Source: Oopsacas minuta (lineage: Eukaryota; Animalia; Porifera). From it: a stretch of DNA of 13,597 bases. The position numbers and the translations under genes were made by a program. The notes under the pieces were generated by a model. It saw only the letters and a program-made list of their open reading frames with translations, made no database searches and was not told the origin of the DNA. Shown here piece after piece: positions 1 to 9,540 of the stretch (positions within the stretch are counted from its first letter, which is position 1; each line of letters opens with the position of its first letter). The stretch is taken from NCBI GenBank assembly GCA_024704765.1, contig JAKMXF010000170.1, positions 1 to 13,597 on the forward strand. The letters run 5' to 3'.

Positions 1-250
1 ATTCAAATATCAAGTCAGAAATTATAGATTCTTAATAGGCTTTGAATTACCACATATTTTGATTATCAATTATTATCTAATAATTATTAATAATTAACAG
101 CTTCAAAAAGTGTAAATCGAAATATTTTTTGAAATTCTTGAAAAACATATGTTATTCTATGCAAATTACTAGATAGCAGCTACGAATATAGACTACACAC
201 TATATAGGAGCGGGAAAGAGTATATAATTTATCACAATATTTTTGTGTAT

Positions 251-274
251 TCGAATACTTTTGTCCCCTGACTG
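251..274. mobile_element. Right-hand TIR of a Tc1-like element or MITE whose other end is not visible in the window
   Basis: The reverse complement of 251-274 is CAGTCAGGGGACAAAAGTATTCGA, which matches CAGTAAGGGGACAAAAGTATTCGA at 2347-2370 at 23/24 positions. It is followed by TA. CAGT termini with TA targets are typical of Tc1-like elements. Confidence 0.65.
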
Positions 275-284
275 TATATATATG

Positions 285-398
285 TGTTATGGGCAGTATG
301 AGAAATTGGGCATTATGCATAATGCCCAGGCAATATGCATAATGCTATTCTTATTGAACAATATGCATAATACCTAATTTCTCATACTGCCCATAACA
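285..398. repeat. 114-bp self-complementary MITE-like unit forming the left arm of the foldback
   Basis: 285-321 versus the reverse complement of 362-398 gives 37 bp with 2 mismatches. It contains the perfect 20-bp palindrome GGGCATTATGCATAATGCCC (308-327) and three TATGCATA motifs. It is followed by TATATA (399-404). Confidence 0.8.
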
Positions 399-417
399 TA
401 TATAAACTGGAACCTTA

Positions 418-675
418 TTAATTAGAGCACCAACGAAATGTCAAAATCTGTTCGCTTTCATCAGAAGAATACCAATTGAATATATATACATATAGAGTAG
501 ATGCCGGGTATAAGAACACCCAGTTATACGAACCATAACTCGATTTACCGAATCTTTTGTATCTTACTCCACTGAATTTTATCGGATATAGGAACATTAT
601 GTCCAGTTCCCCGACGATGTCCTTATAACCGGTATTGAGTGTACAAAGTTTTGGTATAACTAAGCCACTATACAA
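418..675 (-). other. 85-codon open frame of unknown nature inside the foldback (possible captured gene fragment)
   Basis: From the ORF track; it has a non-ATG start and no family that I recognise. It is fairly long for DNA this AT-rich, but it could be chance. Confidence 0.25.
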
Positions 676-983
676 TTAATAGTAATCAACACAGTACATG
701 AATTGAAATATGATAGTGAAAGTATTATTGTAGAACCACATAGCTAAGATATAGTATGTAGATGATGTGATAGTGTATATAATATATTTGATAATTCACA
801 CGATATATTATCAATCCACAACACAACAACATTTCAACACTACAAGCCAACAGCAACAAATTAATCGTGAGTTTGCTACCTTTTGATTATGCATATTGTT
901 CAATAAGAGTAGCATTATGCATATTGCCTGGGCATATGCATAATGCCCAATTTCTCATACTGCCCATGACATATATATATATA

Positions 984-2336
984 CAGGGTGGGCCACGGGA
1001 AATCAGTTGAAATAGAATGATCATAACTCGGAACACTTATGTCCATTTCCGATTGCCAACATTTCATTTTGTAGCAAGAAGAATGCTATTTTGTGTTTAA
1101 TTCACAATTAGATCAATAGGAAGTTATGACAAGACTGGAACTGGAAGAAAGGACTAATGTCTTCAAATGGTACTACAAAAATCATGTTTCCATAGTTACA
1201 ATGCAGAGAAGATTTAGAAGATTCTTTAACTCTAGAACTGCTCCTAAACCAGTTACCATCAAAGATATTGTCAGAGGTTTGAGGAGAATGGTACTGTCGT
1301 TGATACAGCTGACCAGGACCATACCAGACAATGAAAACCCCCAATAACATCGAAAAAGTGAAGCGGAAACTTGCGGGTCACCGCATCGTTCATCAAGGAG
1401 GCTTTCAAGAGAACTTCAATTGTCCAGGACAACAGTCAGGTGGATTCTTGTGGATGATCTCAATCTCTTCTCATATAAGATACAGATCTCACAGAAGCAA
1501 TCTACTGTCCTAAGAGAGAATAGATTGACTTTTGCAAAGCTTATCGCAGAGAAGGTTGAGAGAAGGAAATTGACATCGGTAATATTGATTAGAGTGACGA
1601 GGCTCATTTTCACCTTTCTGGACATGTTAATAAACAGAACATGAGGATTTGGTGTGAGGAAAAGCCAGATCCACTTGATAATAAGCCTTTAACACAAGAA
1701 AAGGTCACTGTCTGGTGTGCAGTTGGCTTCAAGAGGGTTATTGGTCCATATTTTTATGAAAATAATGCAGGGTCAAGAGTGACCGTGAATGGTGTCCGAT
1801 ATCTTGATATGTTAAAGTCCTACTACATTCCAACTCTCAGAAGACGTGAGGAACTTAGTAGTATAACATTTCAACAAGATAGCGCACCCCTACAATGCTA
1901 AAGTTGTTATTGATTTCCTTAGAAAGAAATTTGATAAACAGCTGATTTAACGAAACTGCGACTTCTTTTGCCACCTTACAGCTCAGATCTAAACCCATGT
2001 GATTTTTATTTTGGGGATACCTGAAGAGCAAGGTTTACTCCAATCCTATCCCTGAGACTACTGAAGACCTCAAGAGAAACATTCGCCGAGTAATAAGACG
2101 GATCAAGGCAGAAACACTTGACAAAGTCTCAGAAAATATCCTCACGAGATTGCGGAAAATAAGATATTTAAATGGGAACTGGATCGAGCATTTTATTAAT
2201 GGATAGATACTCTACAAGATGAAAATTAAAATATCACTTTATAAACTTAAATATACTTTTTACAGGATTGACTTATCTTTTTTTGTTTAGAAATTATACA
2301 AAATTTGTTTCAACCGCTTTCCGGCGGCCCACCCTG
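984..2336 (+). mobile_element. Full-length Tc1/mariner element, DD41D (rosa/visitor) clade, inactive
   Basis: 29-bp TIRs: CAGGGTGGGCCACGGGAAATCAGTTGAAA (984-1012) versus the reverse complement of 2308-2336, 25/29 identical. TA lies on both sides. Length is 1353 bp and it encloses a transposase pseudogene. Confidence 0.93.
1126..2206 (+). pseudogene. DD41D transposase, multiple frameshifts and a stop
   Basis: Stitched frames give a DUF4817-like HTH N-terminus (LEERTNVFKWYYKN..VTMQRRFRRFF), SDEAHFHLSGHVNKQNMRIW (first D), VTVWCA..VIGPYF, FQQD (second D, 1878-1880), W-PPYSSDLNPCDF..WGYLKSKVY (third D) and GNWIEH at the C-terminus. Manual repair of the frameshifts gives 41 residues between D2 and D3. 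Confidence 0.92.
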
Positions 2337-2346
2337 TATATATATA

Positions 2347-2591
2347 CAGTAAGGGGACAAAAGTATTCGACCCCTTACACTAATTTATACTAAGTATATC
2401 AAACTAAAATCCAATTACTCTGGTGTATAAGATATTTATTAGTTATAAAGCAGAGAATAAACGTGAACTAGATTCATTTATGTAGATTGACGGATATCGA
2501 TATATAAGGATATCTTAGTTACATGGACGAATAAGAATATAACAAAATATTTGTAATTCTGAAATGGTCGAATTCTTTTGTCCTTTAACTG
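2347..2591. mobile_element. 245-bp Tc1-type MITE
   Basis: 26-bp TIRs: CAGTAAGGGGACAAAAGTATTCGACC (2347-2372) versus the reverse complement of 2566-2591, CAGTTAAAGGACAAAAGAATTCGACC (22/26). The left flank is TA and the right flank is TG (TGTATGTA). No coding capacity. Confidence 0.78.
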
Positions 2592-3250
2592 TGTATGTAT
2601 AATTGCCTCTGTGAGCTGGATTAAATATTCCTTCTGATTTGACGCATGAAATGTGTTCCAAGATGAGCACAAACGATATCCAAAATATATCCTTGATTTA
2701 CACCTTAAGATACCTATTCAAAGATAATATCCATTTATTGGCGAAATCGGAGAATTTGATTTTTAACTAAATATATCCCTGATAAATGTTACCACATACC
2801 TGAAAGTCTATCATACAATGGGTGCCTATGGCATGGCCTATCATTATATCTACAGGTGTAGAATTTTTATCCAATGCTAGTAATTAACTATATACCCTGA
2901 TACGGAAATCTAGGCCTTTTATAATTATCCAACTGTAGAGCATTCATAAATGTGTGAGTAAGATCAGGGCAGCAAGAGTTCTAGGAGACATAGAAGTATC
3001 CAAATATATGAAAGAAACTCTCGATAAAGAATGTTTAGGATGTATAGATCAAATTCAGGATAAGAAATTCTGTAAATAAGTAGAAGAGAGAGGAAAATGA
3101 GAATTTCATATGTAATTATTCTGACAAATATGTGAAAATACCAATGTTCTTGAAATCGTATCATATTTCAATATCCCGGGTGCCATTATGATTACACTAA
3201 TCTTATATACAATTGAATTATAATAAACAATTTCTTTAAGATGATTGCTA

Positions 3251-3412
3251 TACAAATATGCTAGTAGCAGCTCGTACGACATTGAATTATAATTACACTA
3301 CCAATTTCCTATACGAAATTGCGTTACACAAATATGTAAATATATGTTCATACGAAATTGCATAATGAATATATTCACATTTCTTCTACGAAATGCCGTT
3401 ACAAATATGCTA
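3251..3412. repeat. Degenerate minisatellite, about 36-39 bp period, TACGAAATTG core
   Basis: Cores at 3275 (TACGACATTG), 3312 and 3351 (TACGAAATTGC) and 3387 (TACGAAATGCC). An exact 13-mer TACAAATATGCTA occurs at 3251 and 3400. Confidence 0.5.
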
Positions 3413-3739
3413 ATACAAGTTGATACTAAATTGTATTTCAAATATTTTATAATTTCTTATATGACTTCAAATAACCCAATAGTACCACATATGAAATTAC
3501 TTTATGAATATTCGAACAATACAGTCTGTTTCAAAAGTATTGGCAGTAAATTATAATATTAATATTTCAGAAATTGGAACAAATAGCAAATAGATAATGA
3601 TTCTACGAAATTCTATGGGTAAGATAAATCTGTAAACAAAATTTCAGTAATTAATCTTCTCCCCTCTCGAATTTATGCACATATTTACACGGTTAGGCAT
3701 AGATAATATAAAATTTTTCAGGAAATCGGGGGTAAAAGT

Positions 3740-4158
3740 CTCCCATTNCACCCGAAAACCGGAACTCGAGGAATGAAGATTTTAATTGATAACCGCCAGT
3801 TCCAATATAGCTAAGCTTACCAAAAATTTCTTGGATGTAGAAGGGTTATAATTACTTCCCCATCCACCATACTCGCCAAACCTAGCTCCCGTGTGATTTT
3901 GACTATTCCTCAAGCTTAAAATCTGTCTTCAAGGCAAAGATTTTAACACATTACAGAGTCGGAACGGGCTTGTACCAGTACTTCAATTCCATCCCCGAAA
4001 AAGAGTACAGAAATGTGTTTTACAAGTGGGTGGAAAGGTTGAAACTTTGTATATCTGCAGGAGGGGATTATTTTGAATCGATGATATAATGAATTCGTAT
4101 GTATAATGTTTGTATCATATTTTATGATATCACCCGAAACACTTTTTGAACGCTCTAG
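3740..4158 (+). pseudogene. 3' fragment of a mariner (DD34D) element with its right TIR
   Basis: Frameshifted translation: PKTGTRGMKILIDNASS..AKLTKNFLD..ILPHPPYSPNLAPCDF..LKICLQGKDF..WVERLKLCISAGGDYFE. There are 34 residues between D2 and D3 after repair. The end reads CTAGAGCGTTCAAAAAGTG on the - strand (mariner-type TIR) and is followed by TA at 4159-4160. The start coordinate is approximate. Confidence 0.9.
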
Positions 4159-4774
4159 TAAATTATTCTTGATTACCAAACGATGAAACTAGAATTAAAA
4201 ATCCTCGATACAATTTTACTTACATCCTTAACAATGGCAGGAGTTAGTAGCGATGCTCTCATAGATATGTCTAACATAGCAATGCTTAATCAACACAGGA
4301 AACTCTTCCTTTGAGCTTGAGGAACTTACTCGACATTCTAATGAGAATTTCTAGCCAAAGAATCCCTAACAATAGAAGGAATGATGAAAGATTTGTTGTT
4401 CCAATTTAAATAGAGTCTGTTTCTCTTGTCAGATTTGTTGCAAAAAAATAACCTTTTGTAACTGTATACCCACAAAGTAATGGATGTTTTAGGACAAACA
4501 TATGCATTGTGAATCAAGGCATCGAAAGAAAGCAACGTTACCATAAAGCTAGCCATTAACAATGTATCTCTTGGCAATTCTAGAAATAAATTTTGAGAGA
4601 GATTTAAGGTTATATAAATTGGATATGTAACTTTAAGTGGTTAAATATATTAATTACCAGGTTTTGATTGGTATCTTAAGTTGAAGTGATGGGTCCTCGA
4701 TTGATCGCAATGCTGCTAATAATGAGAACAGATACGAAACAAGCAGAAAGAACACAAAATGGGAGAGATGTAGT

Positions 4775-4776
<2 letters not shown>

Positions 4777-4805
<29 letters not shown>
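4777..4805. repeat. (AT)14 microsatellite
   Basis: Perfect AT dinucleotide run of 29 bp. Confidence 0.97.
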
Positions 4806-4806
<1 letters not shown>

Positions 4807-5059
4807 CTAGTGACTCAAAGGTATTCCGGCCGAGTTCGAGGATGCCCTAAGCGAGTGCAAGGAAGTATGAGAGATATCATGCTGTCATGTCACATTAATA
4901 TTAAAATATCAGTATTAGAAGCATTACCACCTAAATTCACTAAGTAACTATGCAATAATTAAGCTGCTAGTATTTCCAACAAGGCCATCTGTGATGTCGA
5001 TTGTTAAGGCATATACACTTCAAAATTGGTCCAATTGACTCAACTAATCTTTCTGTAGA

Positions 5060-5420
5060 CAGTCAACTTGTCTATAACGGCCACCGAAGGGACTGACCGA
5101 ATGGCCACTCTAGAGATGTTAACCGTTTTACACTAGTCTGGTAGTAACTTAATGGTAGTGGTATAGAGAAGTTTGCCAAGATAAGTGGCTTGTATATAAA
5201 TAATCGAGTGGAAGTTGTTAATGATGGCATCCTAGGGTGCTTGTGTAAGGTAGACTACATTGGAGGCAATCACTATATAAAGTGGCCGTTAGATAAAGGA
5301 ACTAACCGTTATTGGCAGGTTTAGCTCAAGTAAGCGACCAAAAATGGTGGACACGTTGAGCTGGTGGCCGCTATGTGCAGATGACCTTTATTCAGAGGTT
5401 GCCGGTAGACAGTTTTACTG
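5060..5420. mobile_element. About 361-bp MITE with CAGT termini (pogo/Tigger-like)
   Basis: The left end CAGTCAACTTGTCTATAACGGCCACC matches the reverse-complemented right end CAGTAAAACTGTCTACCGGCAACC (degenerate). GGCCAC subterminal motifs are forward at about 5075 and 5101 and inverted at about 5282 and 5364. TA follows at 5421-5422, while the left flank is GA. GC content is higher than the flanks. Confidence 0.65.
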
Positions 5421-7447
5421 TAATTGGTATATTTTGCTGCTTTATGGTTTCACCAACTGGATAACATCTCTAGCTCACAATCTCAATATCATTTGATCTT
5501 GCCAGTTGAATCCGATATGGTGAAATCTAGATGTAATATACCTGGTTTACAGGAAGACGCAACTCTGTTTATTTTCTATTTCTAATCTTCTGGATTTCAA
5601 TCATGACCGCTGCTTGATTAAAATTTAGAATATATTTCGATGGAGCATAGTTCCCAGTAGGAATAATATCTTGAAAAATATCCTATATCTTTAGAAATGT
5701 CATGTGTCTTTCTATAATCCTTATCTGCAGAATTTTACAGTCCTCGAAGCTATTTGCTTGGGATTTACAGCTCTTACTTGCAACAAAAATATTTTGCTCG
5801 AAGTGGGTAACAAGTAGTTTTGTCAAAGCTTCCATAGTTATTGCAAAATATGCTTTGAATGTAAATTACTTTGTTCAATGAAAACATTTCCATAGCTTCA
5901 GGGGTAGATGGGCGGGAATTGGGAGTATTTTCTTTTCTATGTGAAATCCTTAGGATTACCTGTCTTTCGAAATCCTACGCGTTCAGATATCAATTATTTT
6001 AATAGATATCTAAATCCTGATATTCTGTTTGCGAATCTGATATATTTCCAGGAAATCTTTCGTTCTATCATTTGAGTTGTTATTGTGACCTTTAGGAGGT
6101 TGTAAGCTCTTAGGTTGCTTTTCTTCATTAGTATTCTTTGATATGATAATGTTCATTATTTCTTTTGATATTATAGTTTGTTAGATTCTAAACATTTCAT
6201 TGTCATTAACTCTATATATTTGCCAATCTTAAGAATTCAACTTCAATTGATTGTATATAATATACTCAAATTGGTATAGTCAAAGGTACTATATACTGAC
6301 GATTTCACAACTTTAGCCCAGGGTTAAGATGAAATGGATTAATTTTAATAGGAAATTCTATTATTTCCGATAATTCGAAACTGGTACATTTTGCAAATAA
6401 TTCATGCACTATTGATGTGCATCAATCCACTTAACCTGGATATACGCAACACTTCAGATCAAATTTAATCATGTAGTTAACTAATTGTTAAGTTTTCTAA
6501 CAGAACGACCTTCTTTTCTAATGTGAGGACAAATTATCTAAGGACTATATTGTGTAAAATTTAAACAATATGTGATGATATAGTTGATGCATTCTTAATT
6601 TACACTCCAGACCATTGATAACACATTTGAATGACTTTCCAATTATGACTCTTTTCTAGTGAAAATTTATTGCCTAATCATTGTATCCAATTTATAGTAT
6701 ACCCAACTTCTAATATCCTGTAATACATTTGATATTATATTTCCGGAACTCATTTATTCGACCATATGTGGGCATATTCACGATTGCGTCATATTGGTAA
6801 GAGTTATGATATCAAAATGTATTACAAGAGTATGGGAAGTCGGGTGTATTTTATACATTGGGTATGAAAATTATGCAATAATTTTCACTATTATCGAGTT
6901 CTAATTGGATATATTCTGTTTGATCATGAAGAATTGTCGATGTCATTACAAATTCAAGTATAAATAGCTTTCCACATATGACGGAACCACCAAGAACATT
7001 TTTGAGAATTTTCCTCATTAAATTTTTCGCAATGACAGCAAAAATTGCCATCCATATATGGTAACTGTACTAATTTTAGATATATTTAGCTCAATTTTTC
7101 CTACGATTTAGTGGCAAATTTATCTCTTAATTTACTACTTAATATATGTTAGTAAATGCTCATTAACATAGTTTTATGATCACATAATTATCATCGTTAT
7201 GACTTGGTTAATATTTTTAAAAATTCAAATCACAAATTTAATATATTGATGAATTAAATTGATAAAATTCTTATCACAATCATCAAACACATCGAAATCC
7301 TTATTCTACTATTTACTATCCGAACCACCCCGTGACCAACCTAGTTAAATGTTCCAACTTATACGATGAATTTAGGGTTAGAATATGGCTTGTCTTATGT
7401 GTAATTTCTATTTAGCACTCAATCCTCAATTTGAAATCATATTATTG

Positions 7448-8300
7448 GTAGCTAATAAATGTTCTGTAGTTGGTTGTAACTCTGGCTATAGGACTAGACC
7501 AAACAACCCTTACTACCAGTTTCCTCAGTACTTGGACAGTCTGGTAAATGGTTGTGTTTTCTCGACTGACTCACAGGCTTTGTTATAACCGAGAATAGAT
7601 TCCTTTACTCATTTCATTTTGATGATAAATTCTTGAAAATTATCCCCCTGAATTTCACAAGATTTAATAGCAACTTCAAACCAATTCCTACTATCTTTCC
7701 ACCTTCGACTCCTCTTAGTCACGCTATACTCCCTACTAATTCACTTTGACTCCCGAAAGTCCACGTCTTATAACTAAATCAAATGTCTATCGACGGGAAA
7801 AATTATAGAAATAACTAATTTCAGGATGTTATTGATTACCTCGAAAGATCTTCGCCTGTTTTAACTACACATAGAATACAGCTTCGTAGCTGCTTGCCAT
7901 CTTGCTATAACCTCTGGCTTGCTATTGTAAAGAAATGTATAACTATCTACACACAGACTTCCAAGTTAAATATGTTTTGAACATTCACAGATTCCTCTTC
8001 CTAGTTTTATCCAAATTTCTACCAACCATAAGCTAACGCATTTAGATGCTCTTGAGAATTTACCAAGTTTTTGTCTGAATTTTAACTCTAAGTATGATGT
8101 CGATGTCATAAAGGAGCTAATTCAACTTTAGTATTTCAGTCCTCCCGGCAGACCGAAGTACTCATCACACCTTCTGTGTTTCTCTCTAATCTTAGATATA
8201 CTTTTAATTCCGGTTATAGTTTCCTTAAGAAATATATTCCTCTCCAAAGCAGCTCACTACTTCGAAAGCTTTAATCCTCTTCTATAGACAACCTTATGCA
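7448..8300 (+). pseudogene. THAP-domain P-element-type (THAP9-like) transposase, 5' part only, degenerate
   Basis: NKCSVVGCNSGY..YYQFP, then after a frameshift KWLCFLD*..ENRFLYSFHFDDKF (THAP C2CH pattern with one Cys lost), then the AVPTIF-like box KPIPTIFP (about 7684). Further on are IKELIQL*YFSPPGRPKYSSHLLCFSL (about 8147) and RYTFNSGYSFLKKYIPLQSSSLLRKL (about 8194), which resemble the GRP.YS..RY.S..AY..L..LPS.S.L motif upstream of the P-element catalytic core. The catalytic domain and TIRs were not found. Confidence 0.7.
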
Positions 8301-8323
8301 ATTTTAAATACATTCACGACTAT

Positions 8324-8462
8324 GTCTCTCAAATACATGTATTTTGCAACCAAAATGTATTTATTATTTGAGGTATATTACCGAAAACCAGCATTAAATT
8401 GTGGCTCAAAATATATAGGTAAAATGTAAAATATTTGAAAATAAATATGCATTTTGAGAGAC
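8324..8462. mobile_element. Small (about 139 bp) putative MITE
   Basis: GTCTCTCAAA (8324-8333) and TTTGAGAGAC (8453-8462) form a perfect 10-bp inverted repeat with degenerate extension. TAT lies on both flanks, and there are internal AAATAC/GTATTT motifs including a 14-bp palindrome (8331-8344). Confidence 0.4.
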
Positions 8463-8834
8463 TATTATTCTCCCCCATCGAATGATATATATTTCATTCG
8501 CTCTGATAACTAAAATTCAGTTAAATATGTGGTCGAAAAGCCCTGGTCGAATACAAATTTTATTTCACATTTGTGATTTCTTACCTATTGTACATATGAA
8601 TACTTATTCAACAATTTGTGAAAATTATTCATGTACACGATGAGGCATGGAGCAAAGTTTAGTTTCAACCATAGATACCACACTTTTCTGAAATTCATCA
8701 ATATCTTGACAAGGTATGATGTTGTGATCCAATTGCCTTGGAAACATGTAGTATAACCCAATATCACATACACTGATAATACATTTCGATCAGATATCGC
8801 CAAAGAATTCTATGTAGCCATTTAATACCTTGTA

Positions 8835-9016
8835 CAGTATAACATCGTTTAATACGTACACCAAGGACCGTCGAGTTTTGTACTCCTTGATTGGAGTACG
8901 TATTAACCGAACTAATTTATATCGAAAAGGCATCTAAGGGGACTGATAAAGTGTAGAAATTTGTATTTTATCCGGAGTTACTCCTTAATAGCGTTTGTAT
9001 TAACGAGACTGTACTG
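8835..9016. mobile_element. 182-bp MITE with CAGTA termini (pogo-like), TA target
   Basis: The left end CAGTATAACATCGTTTAATAC matches the reverse-complemented right end CAGTACAGTCTCGTTAATAC. TA lies at 8833-8834 and 9017-9018. There is an internal hairpin GTACTCC-N6-GGAGTAC (8880-8899). Confidence 0.72.
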
Positions 9017-9540
9017 TATATGCATTATGAAGATTGCGCCATAATTGCAATAGATATCCATTATATTATAGGGTATGATAAATCTGGTACATACCAAATG
9101 TTTTACAAGACGACTGACCATAGCAGCAAACATTTTCTACTAATTGATGAATATTAGTAAAACGCGTCATCCCTAGTTGCAACTAATAATTTGGAGCGTG
9201 CAAAACATTGTCTAATACATTTTGATATTTACCTGATTGTGGCCTTAGATGCCATTTAATAAATTTTGCAATCATAAATGTAATTATTCACTCAATACAA
9301 ATTATATAATCAACCCGATACATTTCTACTAGATAGGAGCTTTTGTTAACTAATTTTCCTGAGTGAGTAATCAGATGGCGTCATTTCGAATTTAAAATAA
9401 TAGTTTCTAGAGATGTTTTGGTGTATTCTTAATTATCAATGACGTAATCATTCTTTCCAAAGGGTCGTATTTAATATTTTCGCTTCAAATATTTACACTA
9501 TTAGAATGTAATTAATCTGTGTATGTGTGTATGTATGTAT

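Larger units (their letters stand above)
285..971. mobile_element. Foldback / non-autonomous TIR element with about 87-bp inverted arms and TGT...ACA termini (possibly Ginger-type)
   Basis: 285-371 and the reverse complement of 886-971 differ by 2 substitutions and 1 indel. Both outer ends sit in (TA)n runs. Termini are TGTTA and TGTCA (read inward). There is no transposase ORF inside. The family assignment rests on the termini only. Confidence 0.75.

Noticed and set aside
1108-1625. - strand ORFs 1108-1350 and 1416-1625
   Set aside because: Antisense shadows of the DD41D transposase pseudogene.
3251-3412. CRISPR-like repeat-spacer array
   Set aside because: The cores are only 10-11 bp and degenerate, the spacers resemble each other, there are no cas genes, and the context is eukaryotic.
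3943-4179. - strand 78-aa ORF
   Set aside because: Antisense shadow of the mariner C-terminus and TIR.
4804-4860. Possible tRNA-derived SINE head (TAGCTAGTGA ... GTTCGAGGA)
   Set aside because: The A- and B-box matches are imperfect, with no cloverleaf, tail or TSD. The segment remains unexplained.
6318-6439. Short inverted repeat CCAGGGTTAAG / CTTAACCTGG with an internal ATTGATG-CATCAAT hairpin
   Set aside because: Too short and imperfect, with no TSD.
7883-7894. 12-bp inverted match to 175-186 (AGCAGCTACGAA)
   Set aside because: An isolated match inside the P-type relic that does not extend.
8929-9253. 11-bp inverted match GGCATCTAAGG / CCTTAGATGCC
   Set aside because: It does not extend and one copy lies inside a MITE, so it is compatible with chance.
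9518-9540. (TG/TA)-rich run abutting the hAT left end as a possible TSD
   Set aside because: It is a decayed microsatellite, and the hAT right end is missing, so an 8-bp TSD cannot be tested.
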